DNA from: Eledone cirrhosa
Lineage: Eukaryota
Assembly: GCA_964016885.1 (NCBI GenBank)
Contig: OZ024741.1
Location: 220,100,001 to 220,164,000, forward strand
Reading direction: 5' to 3'
DNA length: 64,000 bases
Part shown: positions 12,407 through 26,036 of the stretch, one piece after another
How positions within the stretch are numbered: position 1 is the first letter of the stretch
How the letters are laid out: each line of letters starts with the position of its first letter
Notes under the pieces: generated by a model
The model's input: only the letters and a program-made list of their open reading frames with translations
Databases searched by the model: none
What the model was told of the DNA's origin: nothing
Made by a program: the position numbers and the translations under genes

Positions 12407-13311
12407 TATTTCCATTACATAGGATTTAAAATCCCATATCTAGCAAATACACCGCTAACTGCCAGCTAGTGAAAGATCGAGTGGGCCGTTAAAAATTGAC
12501 CTACACGTGAACTGGACGTCTAGTGCAAGCGGGGATATTATAGACTTGTTGTATGCCACACTACTAAAAATAGCAGCTAGGTACAACGTTTTTTTCTCTA
12601 CACATGGGAGAATATACATACAATTAGATTAATATATCCACAGGTACTAAGAGCCGATTTTTCCATTGGAAGTCCTTGGATTCCCAATCTTTTGTGAGGC
12701 GAAACCATCGGTAAAAGCAATTTGGATAGGTGAATATATAAATTGTATTTTAATTTATTTTAAAAGAATTTTTAAAATTTGATTATTCAGCTCATCTCAA
12801 TTTTATGGTTCTGGTATCTCTAATTAATACCATTGAACAACAACTGTATTATAGACACCCTATATATTTCCGTGGGTACTTAGTACCTGTGGAGATATTA
12901 ATCTCATTTTATGTATATTCTCCCATGTGTAGAGAAAAAAACGTTGTACCTAGCTGCTATTTTTAGTAGTGTGGCATACAACAAGTCTATAATATCTCCG
13001 CTTGCACTAGACGTCCAGTTCACGTGTAGGTCAATTTTTAACGGCCCACTCGATCTTTCACTAGCTGGCAGTTAGCGATGTATTTGCTTGCTATGGGATT
13101 TTAAATCCTATGTAATGGAAATAGCTTTCTGAAGAGCCGATCTTTCCATTGGAAGTCCTTGGATTCCGAATCTTTTGTGAAGCTAAACCGTCGGTAAAAG
13201 CAATTTGGATAGGTGAATATTTAAATTGTATTTTAATTTATTTTAAAAGAATGTTTAAACATTGCTTGTTCAGCTCATCTCAATTTTATAGTTCTGGTAT
13301 CCCTAGTTAAT

Positions 13312-13499
13312 TGTTTCTACTTATGGCACAAGGCCAGCAATGATCCAGTGTATTACTGGTACTTTATTTTATCGACCCCATAAGGATGAAAGGTAAAGTT
13401 AACCTCGGCGGGATTTGAACTCAGAATGGCAAGGGCCGTAACTCTATGCGTCAAAGCATGGCGTCCGTCCCTCTACCGATACTACCAATCCACCGCCCA
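13312..13499 (-). mobile_element. tRNA-SINE inserted in array 2 with ~17-bp TSD
   Basis: SINE motifs flanked by TGGTATCCCTAGTTAAT and TGGTATCTCTAATTAAT. Confidence 0.85.
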
Positions 13500-13600
13500 T
13501 GGTATCTCTAATTAATACCATTGAACAACAACTGTATTATAGACACCCTATATATTTCCGTGGGTACTTAGTACCTGTGGATATATTAATCTTATTTTAA

Positions 13601-13660
<60 letters not shown>

Positions 13661-13663
<3 letters not shown>

Positions 13664-13980
13664 AGGTGAGTTTTATTGTAGCACAATAAAGCAATGCAAA
13701 TATCGGATAAGTAGCACTCTACAGTTTGTAGGACTGGAGTATAAATAATATAAGATCAAAAGATCGTTAAAAGAGTTCCAAGTATTTTATTATGCGCATT
13801 TCAAAAACAAATATCACCATGGGATGATATCTGCGTTTTCATCAGATAAAATAGGGATACATGATATGAAGCTTAAAAAACACTTGTGAATAGTGAAGTT
13901 TTAAATCAATATATGTGTTGATTTAAAACTTCACTATTCACAATAAAATACTTGAACTCTTTTAACCATCTTTTGATCTT

Positions 13981-13986
<6 letters not shown>
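13661..13986 (-). mobile_element. Short (TA)n-flanked PLE pLTR cassette with hammerhead and inverted end; same family as 19290-22663
   Basis: 13661-13835 matches the reverse complement of 22485-22663; foldback at 13885-13942; inverted tail at 13942-13986. Confidence 0.85.
13783..13853 (-). ncRNA. Minimal type I hammerhead ribozyme (PLE pLTR)
   Basis: UAUUUUAU-CUGAUGA-aaacgCAGAUAUCA..UGAUAUUUGuuuuu-GAAA UGCGC AUA-AUAAAAUA; 8-bp stem I, palindromic AUGCGCAU stem III. Confidence 0.8.
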
Positions 13987-14018
<32 letters not shown>

Positions 14019-14809
14019 TGTATACACAAATATACCCACACACAGCTATACATATACACACACACAAACACATACATGTATACATACACGTACGTGTGTG
14101 TGCATAAACATATAGGCAGACAAACTATAAATACACACACGCTCGCAGGTGGGAGTACCAAAAAATGAAAAAATGAAATAATGATATCATACTCGAGAAG
14201 AACTGTCGAGTGCTTCGAATCAGAGATAAAATTATATTTTTGTTGAATAACCGACAAATTAAATATCCCTATGCTTATATATACACACATATATAAATAT
14301 ATACACATACAAAAGATATACGCGCATAAAGAACACACACTCACACACATACATAAAAAAATATAAAAACACGTTTAAATGTATGTACACATAAGCCTGT
14401 CTGCATATGCGCCCACATACAACCTTATGTAAGTACACTTAAAAAACTTAGTGGGCAAGTGAGGACAAAGGGGAGTAAAAATGAGATCAAATAATATAAA
14501 CATTATATATGAACAGGTAAGGGAGAAAAGGGGTGTAAAAGTTGTAGTAGAGAGTGAGTGTTTGTGATGAGATCTGGATAAGGGTATATAGTTAAAAAGT
14601 GATGTGGGTAAAGGATGAAGGTGGTGGGTGTGTATGTGTTAAAGGTATGGTAGAAAATAAGGGGGGGGGGTATTTATAAGTCAAATGAAAAAAATAAAAA
14701 AATATATAGAAAAAGGTGAGGGAGAAAAAGTATATATTGGTAGAAAGTATGTGTTCATAAGGTAATGAAATTGGTAGTGAGTGGAAGGCGTGATAAATAA
14801 AGAGGAAGC

Positions 14810-16896
14810 TCAAGGTGGTTGAGTAATCGTTGGTGTGTTAATCCAGTTAAAAGGTAGATGCGATTTCAGGTGCGGACAACATCTAAAGATCAGGGTATTA
14901 GAGTTGAGACAAGTGGGAGGGGTTTTCAAGTTTTGGAGAATTCTGAATTTTTCCGTAGTACACAAAGAACATTTCTTTGTGTCTCTTTGGTATTCTCTTG
15001 AATGGTCTAAAATAGACCAATCAATACTGTACAGAATATGTTTGTCTTTAAACTTCCACACTTTATTTGCCAGCCTCGTTACTGTTCTTTTTTCAGGGTG
15101 TTTGAAAGAAGCGACATGTGCATAGTACCTGGTTTTAAATCTGTCCTGAGTCATGCCAACATAGCGTTCACTCCTGGCTGGCTAGTTATTAATCATCGGT
15201 GTCAATTTGGCCTTATACACAATAGATTTGGTATTACATTTACCCTGTAATGGGCATTCTTCCGGCTTCTTGCAACTGCATCCATTAGCTCTAGTACCAT
15301 TAGAGTTTGCTAATTTTAGTTTTCATTGATGGGCAGCAAGAGTAGCTGATTTTAACTACATTTCTATTGAATATCTTATTATATCTATGATTAGGGGGAA
15401 AATGTTTGTCTAGAAGGTCGAGGAATTTTCTTCCTACGTTAGTTTTAACAGTTAGAGAGAAAGGGCTGTAAACCAAATAATTTTTCTTTTTCCTGTTATT
15501 GTTTAGTGTTAGAAAGAGGAGTAGGTAAATATTTAATTTGTTCGGTTAAACCGCTGTTAGTGAGGGCCTTATTATAATAAGGGGCGGCTTTGTTAAACAT
15601 TTCTATAGACGAAGATAAGGTAGAAATCCTACGGCTAATATTAGGAATAAGATTTTTAACGACTATAGGGTTATGGCAAGACTCTTTGTGTATATATCTT
15701 AAATTTTCATTAGGTTTATGATAAGGTTTAAAAGAGGTGGTAAGTAGGTCAAGATTGATATCAAGAAAGTTAGTATTAGTAAGTTTCGTATCTATAGTAA
15801 TTTTAAGGTTTAGGTTAGCAAAGCTATTGATTAAGTCTTTACTGAATTTATCAAGGTTATGGCCGTTGGTGGTATGAGAAACTGCCAAACCGTCGTCTCG
15901 GTATAAACCGATATTATGGCAAGGACATTTCTCTTTAAGGGTGTGGAGGAGGAATAATCCTACTAAGTCGCACACATCGGCGCTATCATATGAGCCCATC
16001 GCAAAATCAAAAGAGTTTACAGGGCTTGATTTTTTAACCCAAGTACCTTCATTAGCAAAGAGTAGTGTTTTCCTAGTATGAAAGATAACGTCTTCTTCTA
16101 ATTTAGAAACATTAATGAAAAGTGTAGCAAAATCTAAAGCGATAGAGGGGTAAAAATCAACAATATCAAATTGGGTAAGTATATTATTAAACCAAGAAAT
16201 AACAGAGGATGTATTTAACCATTAGGATAAGTCAGTCATAGTTCTTATTTGAGGTATTATTTTTCTTAGGATTTTTTTACTCGCAAGGCCAATTTCAGAT
16301 TTAGCAGGGTTGATTAGTCTACAACTAGGTCGATTAGTAAAGTTTAATTTATGGTCTTTAAGGGTAATATATGTTTTACGTTTAGCTAGGCTTTCAATCC
16401 GGTTATCAATTTTTAAAATACTAGCTAGGGCTTTAGCTTCCTTATTAATGGTATTATAAGTATTAATGTTAACTATTTGATATTTAGCCGTAATGCTATC
16501 TGTTAATAGTTGGTTATACGAATTGTTATTTACTTCAAAAAGATTTTTTGTTTTGTCAGAAAAAACGAAAGTATTTGTAGAGTGTTTAAAATTAGAAATA
16601 TCGTTAAAGAGTTTGGATTGAAAATTGTTGTTGTACTTACGGTATTTTAATTCATTAATCATGTTAACTAGATCTATTTCGGAGTTGGCCATGTCCTTAA
16701 CTCTAGGTGGGTATTTGCGAAATTTAATGTCAAAGTAGTCATTAGAATCAGCACAGAATTGTCCATCGAAAATCATAGCCTTGCATCTCATTCTTTTTAT
16801 GACTTGTTCAATTTTATCGATTAATAATTTGGTAAAGGTGGTGTTGGAAGGAGTAGGTATATTTTTGATAGAATAATCCAATTCATAAACGTCCAT
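14810..16896 (-). pseudogene. Naiad-type Penelope-like element RT plus GIY-YIG ORF, near full length with frameshifts and deletions
   Basis: YSIKNIP..KIEQVIKRMR, YITLKDHK..CRLINPAKSEIG, QFDIVDFYPSI, MGSYDSADVCDLVGLFLL, LYRDDGL, FLDINLDL, CSCKKPEECPLQGKC, MTQDRFKTRYYAH, CSLCTTEK, CPH. Confidence 0.92.
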
Positions 16897-17009
16897 GGTG
16901 TATGTTGGTTAATTTCCTGAAACTGTACAGTGCTCAACTTGTCGGTCTGGAAGGTGCCAATCATATATGTAATATAGAATATGCTTCGAACATTCCCGGT
17001 TGGAACTGT

Positions 17010-17242
17010 ATAAATGAAGTATTTCCATCGGAATGGTACAGGAAAAGAGAGTGCTCTATGTAGGCTACAGAGATTATTAGTAATAAACAACATAAGATAA
17101 TTATTTCATTTACCAGTAGTTTCTTGAAAGCAGATGTTATATCTGTCTTCAGTTGTCAGAATGAATAAATAACTAATAAGCTCTGTAGTCTACATAGAAC
17201 ACTCTTTTTTCCTGTATCTTTCCGACTGAAATACTTCATTTA
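17010..17242. repeat. 5' pLTR of the Naiad element with an inverted partial copy
   Basis: 17010-17081 is the inverse of 17172-17241; a degenerate CUGAAGA..GAAAC lies between them on the minus strand; a homologous tail fragment sits at 32491-32556. Confidence 0.7.
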
Positions 17243-17246
17243 TATA

Positions 17247-17277
<31 letters not shown>

Positions 17278-17278
17278 T

Positions 17279-17401
<123 letters not shown>

Positions 17402-17483
17402 TATATATATATATGTATCATAAATATATATGTGTGCGTATATGTATGTATATGTGTGTGTGCACATATATGTAATCTACCCT

Positions 17484-17537
<54 letters not shown>

Positions 17538-17934
17538 TATTCATTTATACACACAGAATGGCGACGATAGTGTGCTGAACTTTCAATGTTAAGTTCTAGT
17601 CTCTCTGATCCAAACTAAAAAGCCGCCGGAATTAAGTTTATCTTTCAACTTTGTAAGTTCGATCAAACGAAATCCATCATGGCGTACTGCTGTCGATTTT
17701 ATCGACTAAACCACCATTGCTGCCTCCTCTACACGGTTCTCCTTTTATCGCCCACCTTTTCATAAACATGGCCTCTCGCCAGGGTTAACAAACTAATTAC
17801 ATAGACACCGAAACATACACGCGCATACAGAGACACATGCACAGACACTCAAACACATACTGGCACACACACACACATACATATATATATATGTATGTGT
17901 GTGTGTGCGTGGGGGTGTACAGATTTATATATAT

Positions 17935-17983
<49 letters not shown>

Positions 17984-18047
17984 TACATACATACATACAT
18001 ACAATATATGTATATGTATAAGTTTGTATGTGCATACATCTCTCTAT

Positions 18048-18120
<73 letters not shown>

Positions 18121-18186
18121 TATATTCTCTTAACACATTAAATCATTAGATTTTGCGCCCATGCTGTGCTGTGGTACTAAAGTAAT

Positions 18187-18267
<81 letters not shown>

Positions 18268-18639
18268 GAGGGGGTATGTATGTGTGCGTCTATGCTTATT
18301 TCCGGTAATTTATATTATATATTTACATATATATCTATATCTATATATAAACACAATTCACAAACCAGTTCGGGAATCGAACTCACAACCATGTGCCTTC
18401 ATATATGTTGCTGCAGTTTACTCAGTTGTAGAAATGAGTTGTGACGTCACTGGTGCCAAGCTGTATAACCATTGCCTTTCCCTTGTAGAACATCGGTGGC
18501 GTAGTGAGGGGAGACAGGTATACATGGGTGACTGCTGGTCTTCCACAAACCATATCGAGCTTGGACTTGTAACACGGAGGTGCAAATCCTATGATTATTT
18601 ATGACCGAAGTGGGTCATTATCTATCTTTCCCTATATAA

Positions 18640-18815
18640 TTGTTTCAACTTTGGGGACAAGGCCAGCAATTATCCTACCGCATTACTGGTACCGACCCCG
18701 TAAGGATGAAAGGCAAAGTTAACCTCGGCGGGATTTGAACTCAGAATGGCAAGGTCCGTAACTCTATGCGTCAAAGCATGGGGTCCGACCCTCTTCCAAT
18801 ACTGCCAATCCACCA
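18640..18815 (-). mobile_element. tRNA-SINE copy
   Basis: Same B-box and core motifs as the other copies. Confidence 0.8.
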
Positions 18816-18830
18816 ATATATATTATATAT

Positions 18831-19219
18831 TAGGGTGGCCCTTGTTTTTCAACTTTCTAAAGGTTTAGCACCCACCGCTCTATCTTGTTCCAATTAACAA
18901 AAAAACAATATCTGCCAAACGTTAGCTCAAGTGGATAACTACAAGACGACCCTCATCGTACGTGAAATTTTGAAGTTTTCGCCCGGATAGTCATTTTTTC
19001 AGATAATTAGTTTCAACTCGTATATAATTTTCTATTAAATTAAAATCTTGTTTAGACATATTCTTGGTATTAGAAGGATAAGTGACAATAAATATAATTG
19101 GGAAGACAACTTGCAAAGCTGGGGACAAAGTGAAGGTATAGGGCAAGCACCTATTTTTCGCAGTGGGAGCAGCAAAATGTTAACTATCGGAAAATTACCT
19201 ATTGTTAAGGGCCACCCTA
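18831..19219. mobile_element. Non-autonomous TIR DNA transposon (MITE)
   Basis: Perfect 13-bp TIR TAGGGTGGCCCTT ... AAGGGCCACCCTA; superfamily and TSD unresolved. Confidence 0.65.
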
Positions 19220-19330
19220 ATATACATATATCCGTATGTGGTTGACATCTGAGAGAAATGAGTACATGGTATTGAGTAATATATATATATATATAATATA
19301 AGATCAAAAGATGGTTAAAAGAGTTCCAAG

Positions 19331-19400
19331 TATTTTATTATGCGTATTTCAAAACAAATATCATTATCGGATGATATCTGCGTTCTCATCAGATAAAATA
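19331..19400 (-). ncRNA. Minimal type I hammerhead ribozyme (PLE 3' pLTR)
   Basis: UAUUUUAU-CUGAUGA-gaacgCAGAUAUCAU..AUGAUAUUUGuuuu-GAAA uacgc AUA-AUAAAAUA. Confidence 0.75.
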
Positions 19401-20540
19401 GGGAGACATGATATGAAGCTTAAAAAACACTTGTGAGCAGTGAAGTTTTAAATCAACATATGAAAAATAAACTAAGATGAATATATGAGATTGGGAAAAG
19501 AGTAAAGGATGGTGGGGGAGGAGTATAAGAAGGAAGGATGAGAGAGGAGGAGAAATGGGTGATAGAGAGAGAGAGAGATAGCCGTTACAACTGAGAAAAT
19601 ATCGTCTCACAGAGAGAAATAAAAAAACCGTTGGAAGATAATAGATAATTGAAAAGATTTTAAACTTAAAAGTTAATGAGGTTTATGCATGAAGAAAAGG
19701 GAATTAAGAATAGTATTAAATTAAGGTTTGTATATAAGGTTTGTATAATATGTGCGATAAAAAGAAAATTTATTAATATGTATTATTAAAATAAGAATAT
19801 TAATGATATTAAGGATATAATTTGAAAGAAGGAGAAGAATAAATGAGTTATGAACTTAGAGGAATTAGTTAGGGTTTAAGTTTGTTTTTATGTATTGTAA
19901 TATGTAAACGTAAATAGTAGGTTTAAAATGAGCATGGAAGGAGAGAAGAAAAAATAATGTTTAAGGAAGAAAATATCTAACGTCTTAGATAAGGTTTATA
20001 TGTTTACGAAAAATTTTCTAATGGTAATATTATAATATATTAAAAAAGAAATTAGTTCGGGTTTAAGTTTGTTTTTATGTATTGTAATATGTAAAAGTAA
20101 AAGTAAATAGTATGTTTAAAACGAGCATGGAAGGAGAGAAGAAAGAAGAAAAATGAAAGGAAGAAAAAAATATCTAACGTCAAAAAGTTTATATGTTTAC
20201 GAAAATCTTCTAATGGTTATATTATAATGTATTTAAAAAAAATATAGTTTTAATGCCCAATAATATGAGGAAATATGGAAGAATGGATAATGCTGTAGTG
20301 AGTAATAATATGAATTGAGAATTGGAAAGAAAAAGTACAGATTAGAGATTAGAAATTAAAAAAGAAAAAAGGAAGAAAGGAAAATGATAAAGAAGAAAGA
20401 TAGGGGATTATGACATACAATGAGTAAATTGTATTATATAATATATAATACTGAAATAAGGTAGAAAGATGGGTATATTTGTAAAAGATGTATAAGCCTT
20501 TGAACAAAAGAGGATTTTAAACTAATAATGTATTGAGATA

Positions 20541-22472
20541 TTAGCTGTATCCTTTATGGAATGTTCTATGGGAATTATGCAAGCAGAGCGAAAATAAATC
20601 TGTGCGTCTATTTATTATAGAATTGAAATTAGGTATAATGGTAAATTTCTCGGCTAGGCAGAGATTACATGTTCTGGATAGGGAAGAATTCAAGTAGGGA
20701 AAGGCGGAGCAAACCTTCCTCCAAGAGATGTTATAGTTAATATTTGTGTCTTTTAAGGACCATATGAGTTCCGAGAGTGTCGTGTTAGTTCTTTTAAGTT
20801 GTTCTTTAAAAGACGATTTCTGATTATAAAATCTAGCTTTGAAGGAAGTGGAAGTGGAACCAAAATAGGTAAAATAATTAGTATCAGTTATAACCTTACA
20901 TTCATAGACTAAGTTTTTATCAAGACAATGGTTGTTAAGAGGACATTTAGTTCTAATAGGGCAATTGCAATTACGATTAGAGAAATTAACAGAGTTATTA
21001 ACAAGTGACCTATTATTATTTATAGAAGGAATTGGATTGGAGAAGTTATTTACGATAGGAATAATAGTTTCCTGATTTAGATTGGTATTATGAACATTCA
21101 ACGAAGGTACGTTTGACGTCGTATTTAAATTTACTGAATCTAGCCTAGAGTTAACAATGACGTCGGGTATACTATTGCTATTATTATGACGCTCAGTGTT
21201 GGAAGGATGTAATTTATTATTTAATATTTTATTGTTGTGTTTAGAGATAATGTTAGAGATGTTGGAAGTGGTGGAATAAGAAAATGTAATTGTATGTTTG
21301 TTAAAGATTTTACTATAGATAAGCATTTATCTAAGGCCCTAAAGAATAGTTTAGGAATATTATTATTAATAGATAGAGAAAAGGAGCAGTATACCAAATT
21401 ATATTTTTGTATCTAGGTCTTTTATTTAAGTTATTGGAATGTTCAAAATTAATTATTTTACTATAAGACCTTCGATGATTGGTTTCCTTACTGTATTTAT
21501 TTTATCAGGATAACCGGCTTTAGAAAGCGCATTATTATAGTAATTGGCATTAGCGTCGAAGATATCTTTATTAGAGTATAGATTTGAGATTATTTTTTCA
21601 ATATTACTGACTATAGCATTTTTAAAGTTAGTGAGGTGGTTAGATTTAAAATTAACATAATTTAGATTCTCATTGTTTTTATGGTAAGGATAATATAGGC
21701 CAGTGTCAAGATTAAGGGATATATCCAAGAAGCTAGCTAGTTTGACGTTATTATCAAATTCAATTTTAAGGTTATGGTGCCTAACGAGATCACGTATATT
21801 GTTCTTAATAATATTAAGGTTAACTAAGTTGCAGTTTAAGATAGTAAAAAGGCCATCGTCACGATGAATTCCACTGCGAAGTTGAGGAATTTTCCGATTT
21901 AAAGAATTCAAAATAAAGATACCAATCAAATCAGTCAATTGCTATGAATCGGATGCACCCATTGTGATATCAAAATTGTTGGAAGTATCGGCTCTAGTCC
22001 AATATTCATTGTTGAATTCCAAGATGGTTTTTTTTCTTGCGGAGAGAATGATGTAAAGTTCATCTGTGGTAATGTCAGAATATTTAAATGCAAAAGATAG
22101 AGCGTTGTTGAGGAGTGAAGGCGAAATAGAAGAATAGTAACTGGCAATATCAAATTGAATACATTTTTGTTTGTTTTTCTTATTCAGGTTGTTGAACCAG
22201 CCAATTACTTTAGATGTACCAATCCATAAATTTAAGTTAGAAATAGAGGAATTAGAACGAACCTGTGGGATAATTCTATCCAAGATGGTTTTACTAACAA
22301 CCCCCAGATCTGATTTAGAGGGGGCGATTAGTCTAACAGGCAGTTCCGTTCGAAAGTTACTTTTATGATCCTTGAGATTTATCCTCGGAGTTCTTGGGAG
22401 GAATGGTTCGGTCTTTTTCTCAATGCCAAGTTTAGACATAATCTCAGAAGCTTCCAAGTTTATAGATTCCAA
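20541..22472 (-). pseudogene. Naiad-type PLE RT plus GIY-YIG ORF (frameshifted)
   Basis: INLKDHK..VRLIAPSKSDLG, QFDIASYYSSI, MGASDS, IHRDDGL, FLDISLNL, CNCPIRTKCPLNNHC, YFGSTSTSFKARFY, CNLCLAEK. Confidence 0.92.
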
Positions 22473-22662
22473 ATTGTCATGGTTAGAACGCAGATATCAT
22501 CCCATGATGATATTTGTTTTTGAAATGCGCATAATAAAATACTTGGAACTCTTTTAACCATCTTTTGATCTTATATTATTTATACTCCAGTCCTACAAAC
22601 TGTAGAGTGCTACTTATCCAATATTTGCATTGCTTTATTGTGCTACAATAAAACTCACCTCC

Positions 22663-22724
<62 letters not shown>

Positions 22725-22829
22725 TATATATATATGATATGTATATATATACTCTCCTTGCTATCCTTGCTTTAATTTTTCTCATTGCTCTCCTTTGTTC
22801 ATTGTATTTGTATATAACAATTACATAGA

Positions 22830-23085
22830 TACAAGGAGAAAGGGAGAACAAGGAGAAAAGGAGAGTAAGGAGAAAAGGAGAGCAAGAAGACCAAGGAGAA
22901 AAGGAGAGCAAGGAGAGCAATTAGAAAGGGAGAGCAATGATAGCAAGGAGAACAAGAATAAAAGGAGTGCAATGAGAGCAAGGAGAAAGGGAGAGCAAGG
23001 AGAGCAAGTATAAAAGGAGAGGAAGAAGAAAAGGAGAGCAAGGAGAGCTAGGAGAGTAAGGAGAAAGGGAGAGCAAGGAGAGGTT
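22830..23085 (+). repeat. Degenerate purine-rich (AAGGAGAGC)-like tandem repeat
   Basis: Visible ~9-bp periodicity. Confidence 0.7.
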
Positions 23086-23974
23086 AAGGCAAATATATAT
23101 ATATATATATATGTCACCGAGTTTGCGTAAATGTGTATATAAATGTATAAATATTTAGTATATAAGCATGGAAACACGCCAACTATACGCACACATATAT
23201 ATGTATTCACTGTTAGTATATAAGCATACAAACATGCCAATATACGTCAACTAAAAAACGATAACTACCTTTAATTGATTTTTAAACCTAATTCGGTTTC
23301 ATCAGAAAGTATGTATATCATATAGACCACTACAAAGAAACAGGTGACCGAGGGGCTTGGTCTTTGTTAAATGATTATAAAGATATAAGCTTCAGTTTAC
23401 TAGGATTTCACAATACTTCATGCAGAGTAGAAACGGTGCCACGAGAAAACAGATTCCTATTTACTGATAGTTTATCGAACTTAGGATTACTTCAATCAAG
23501 ATAAAGTTAGAGATATTGGGATTGTTCTGCTAAGAATAGATAACTATCTATTAGAAAATTGATAGTAAACAAATAGCAATGATTTGGATACGAGGCTTAT
23601 AGATAATAGCGGGGACAAAAAAGCAGATGAATTAACATAGGAGGGAGCACAAAATGAAAAATATGTATATAGCTAACATTCCTAATCTATCACAAGTCAA
23701 ATCATTCAGTAAAAATATATTTAGCTAAAGGTGGGAAATTTTAGGGAAGAATCTAGAGATAAGCTCTAAAATTTAAATCTTCCATTATATCAACCAGATC
23801 TGTCAACGTTTAAAACATATCAAATATTGAACAATGTTAATAAACAGAAACTATGTTGGATTTGAACAGATCATATATATATACCGCTGATCTATATTTT
23901 ATTATGAACATGTCGTAGAGAATGGCCTCCATGTTCCTGTGGAGATTACCCAGAACTCTCTGTGGCATTATTTG

Positions 23975-24470
23975 AATTATTCAAATCCCACCAAGGTTAA
24001 CTTTGCCTTTCATCCTTACGGGGTCGATAACATAAAGTACCAGTAATACACTGGGATAATTGCTGGCCTTGTGCCAAAAGTAGAAACAATTATTTGTATA
24101 GAACTAGAATTGCGGTGAATTGGCAGTATCGGTAGAAGGTCGAGGTTAACTTTGCCTTTCATCCTTACGAGGTCGATAAAATAAAGTACCAGTAATGTAT
24201 TGGTTAATTGTTGACTTTGTCAAAAAGTAGAAACAATTATTTCTATAGAACTGACAAGGGCGGTGGATTGGTAGCAATCGGCAGAGCGTCGAGCCACATG
24301 TTTTGCGGCATAGAGTTACATCCATGTAACGTTCTTGGTTAAAATACAGCCGATGTAAGCTTTACCTTTCATCTTTACGGGGTCGATAAAATAAGGTACC
24401 AGTAATACACTACGGTCGATTAAATCGACCCCCGCCCCCACACCCCCAAACAATTATTGGCCTTGTATAT
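23975..24470 (+). mobile_element. Three head-to-tail tRNA-SINE copies
   Basis: Repeated CTTTGCCTTTCATCCTTACG..GTCGATAA..GTACCAGTAAT core. Confidence 0.8.
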
Positions 24471-24931
24471 AAATCAAAAACTACTAGTTTTACCAGTCTC
24501 AGTGAGATAACATCTTAAAGCTGGCCCTTAAAACATTACCAAGATGAGAAGTAAAATATATTTCCAACTATAAACAAGACATTTTAGTACATGGAAGCTA
24601 TAAAGAGATTCAACAACAGACATATTACCAGTCTAGGAGAAAGGACATGTTGAAGCTGGTTTTTAAAAAAAAACTACCAAGATGAGAAGTAAAATATATT
24701 GTCAAACATCCAGTATATAAGCTTGGAAACACGCCAAATACACACACACACACACACACACTTATATATCGATCGACTTTCGTCAAATTGGACCGAGGAA
24801 ACAATGTTTCCATTGGTCTTTCCAATTGCTAATACTATCTATCGGTGGCAACTCCAGGTAGAAGGAGCAACGAGAAATAATGTGTCTTGCTCAAGGACGT
24901 AACGCATCGCTCGGTTTGATATATATATATA

Positions 24932-25195
24932 TCCCAAAAGTCAGCTCAAAAGTGACACAGAGGAGACTGAGGTTGGCTGGACATGCTCATCGACATCCAG
25001 AGTTGACATTGCACTCAGTGCTCCTTTGGGAGCCCCTACATGGACACACTAGAAGAGGAAGACCAAGGTTAACATACGTTGATGCCCTAAGGACAGACAC
25101 TGGTCTGTTGGAGATGCAGGATATGGCAGCGATAATGAGGGACAGAGACCGCTGGAGAGAACTCGTCCATGGATCTCGGGAATTTTACCCGCCTT

Positions 25196-25197
<2 letters not shown>
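24932..25197 (+). pseudogene. 3' end of an RTE-clade LINE
   Basis: [44 protein letters not shown] followed by (TA)n; second copy at ~55472-55610. Confidence 0.85.
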
Positions 25198-25283
<86 letters not shown>

Positions 25284-25489
25284 ATATACATACATACATA
25301 CACACACACACACATATATATATATATAGAGATATATATATATATACATAGGAAAATATATATATATTAGAAAGTGAGGTTCTTTTACAAAATGAAAAAG
25401 AACCCAAGGTGTCCTACACGAGTGAAAGTATAAGGAAAAAAGATGCAACTGGAGTCTTTTTAAAAAATATATATATATTTATTTGGTTC

Positions 25490-25525
25490 CTTTATCGGTT
25501 TCGCAGTTCTTGTGCTTTTCAAAAG
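25490..25525 (-). ncRNA. Hammerhead-like motif with U3-A8 core (UUGAAAA)
   Basis: CUU-UUGAAAA-GCA caagaac UGC-GAAAC CG AUA-AAG; stem III has one mismatch. Confidence 0.45.
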
Positions 25526-25562
25526 TAGAATTGAGGTGGAGGGTTTGTGGTTTTTCTCACAT

Positions 25563-25620
<58 letters not shown>

Positions 25621-25622
<2 letters not shown>

Positions 25623-25853
25623 CAAAGGAATTGTGGTAAGGAACCAGATGGACAATAACGCACCAGAGTACTCAATACTTAGGGTAGTAGAGTGGGAAAT
25701 AGGAAAAAGTATGGGCGAGGTATCTAGTATCCCTTATAGTTAAGAAATAAGACAGAAGAAAGACAGACATAGAAGGGAAACAAGAAAGAGGAGACAGAAA
25801 GGGGGTAAAACAAGCATAAATAAGAGGAAAGGTGAAAAATAAAAGGCAGCGAG

Positions 25854-25886
<33 letters not shown>

Positions 25887-25990
25887 GAAAAAGTATGACC
25901 TCGACGGCAGAGCTCAAGCCATTTCGACGGCTATTTCTGGACATAGCCGTCGAAACGGCTTGTGCTCTGCCGTCGGGGTCATACTTTTTT

Positions 25991-26036
<46 letters not shown>

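Larger units (their letters stand above)
11404..13600. mobile_element. Retrozyme-like tandem array 2 (~483-bp monomer, HHR with long stem-II insert, inversion near 12650)
   Basis: Same-orientation copies near 11404 and 12280, inverted copies with 483-bp period (12741 vs 13224); HHRs at 12329-12406(-), 12649-12718(+, truncated) and 13124-13201(+, GAAA to UAAA); ends in (TA)n. Confidence 0.85.
19290..22663 (-). mobile_element. 5'-truncated Naiad-type PLE with 3' pLTR hammerhead and inverted pLTR at the 5' junction, inserted in (TA)n
   Basis: RT and EN remnants at 20541-22472(-), HHR at 19331-19400(-), inverted pLTR at 22485-22663(+), (TA)n at both ends. Confidence 0.9.

Noticed and set aside
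17112-17158. CUGAAGA-CAGAU..AUCUG..GAAAC..GUA in the Naiad 5' pLTR
   Set aside because: Seven extra nucleotides before GAAA and no clear stem I; noted only as a degenerate remnant
23294-23310. CTGATGAAAC on the minus strand (also near 63196)
   Set aside because: Overlapping core words with no helices; the 63196 instance is RTE coding sequence (ERFHQR region)
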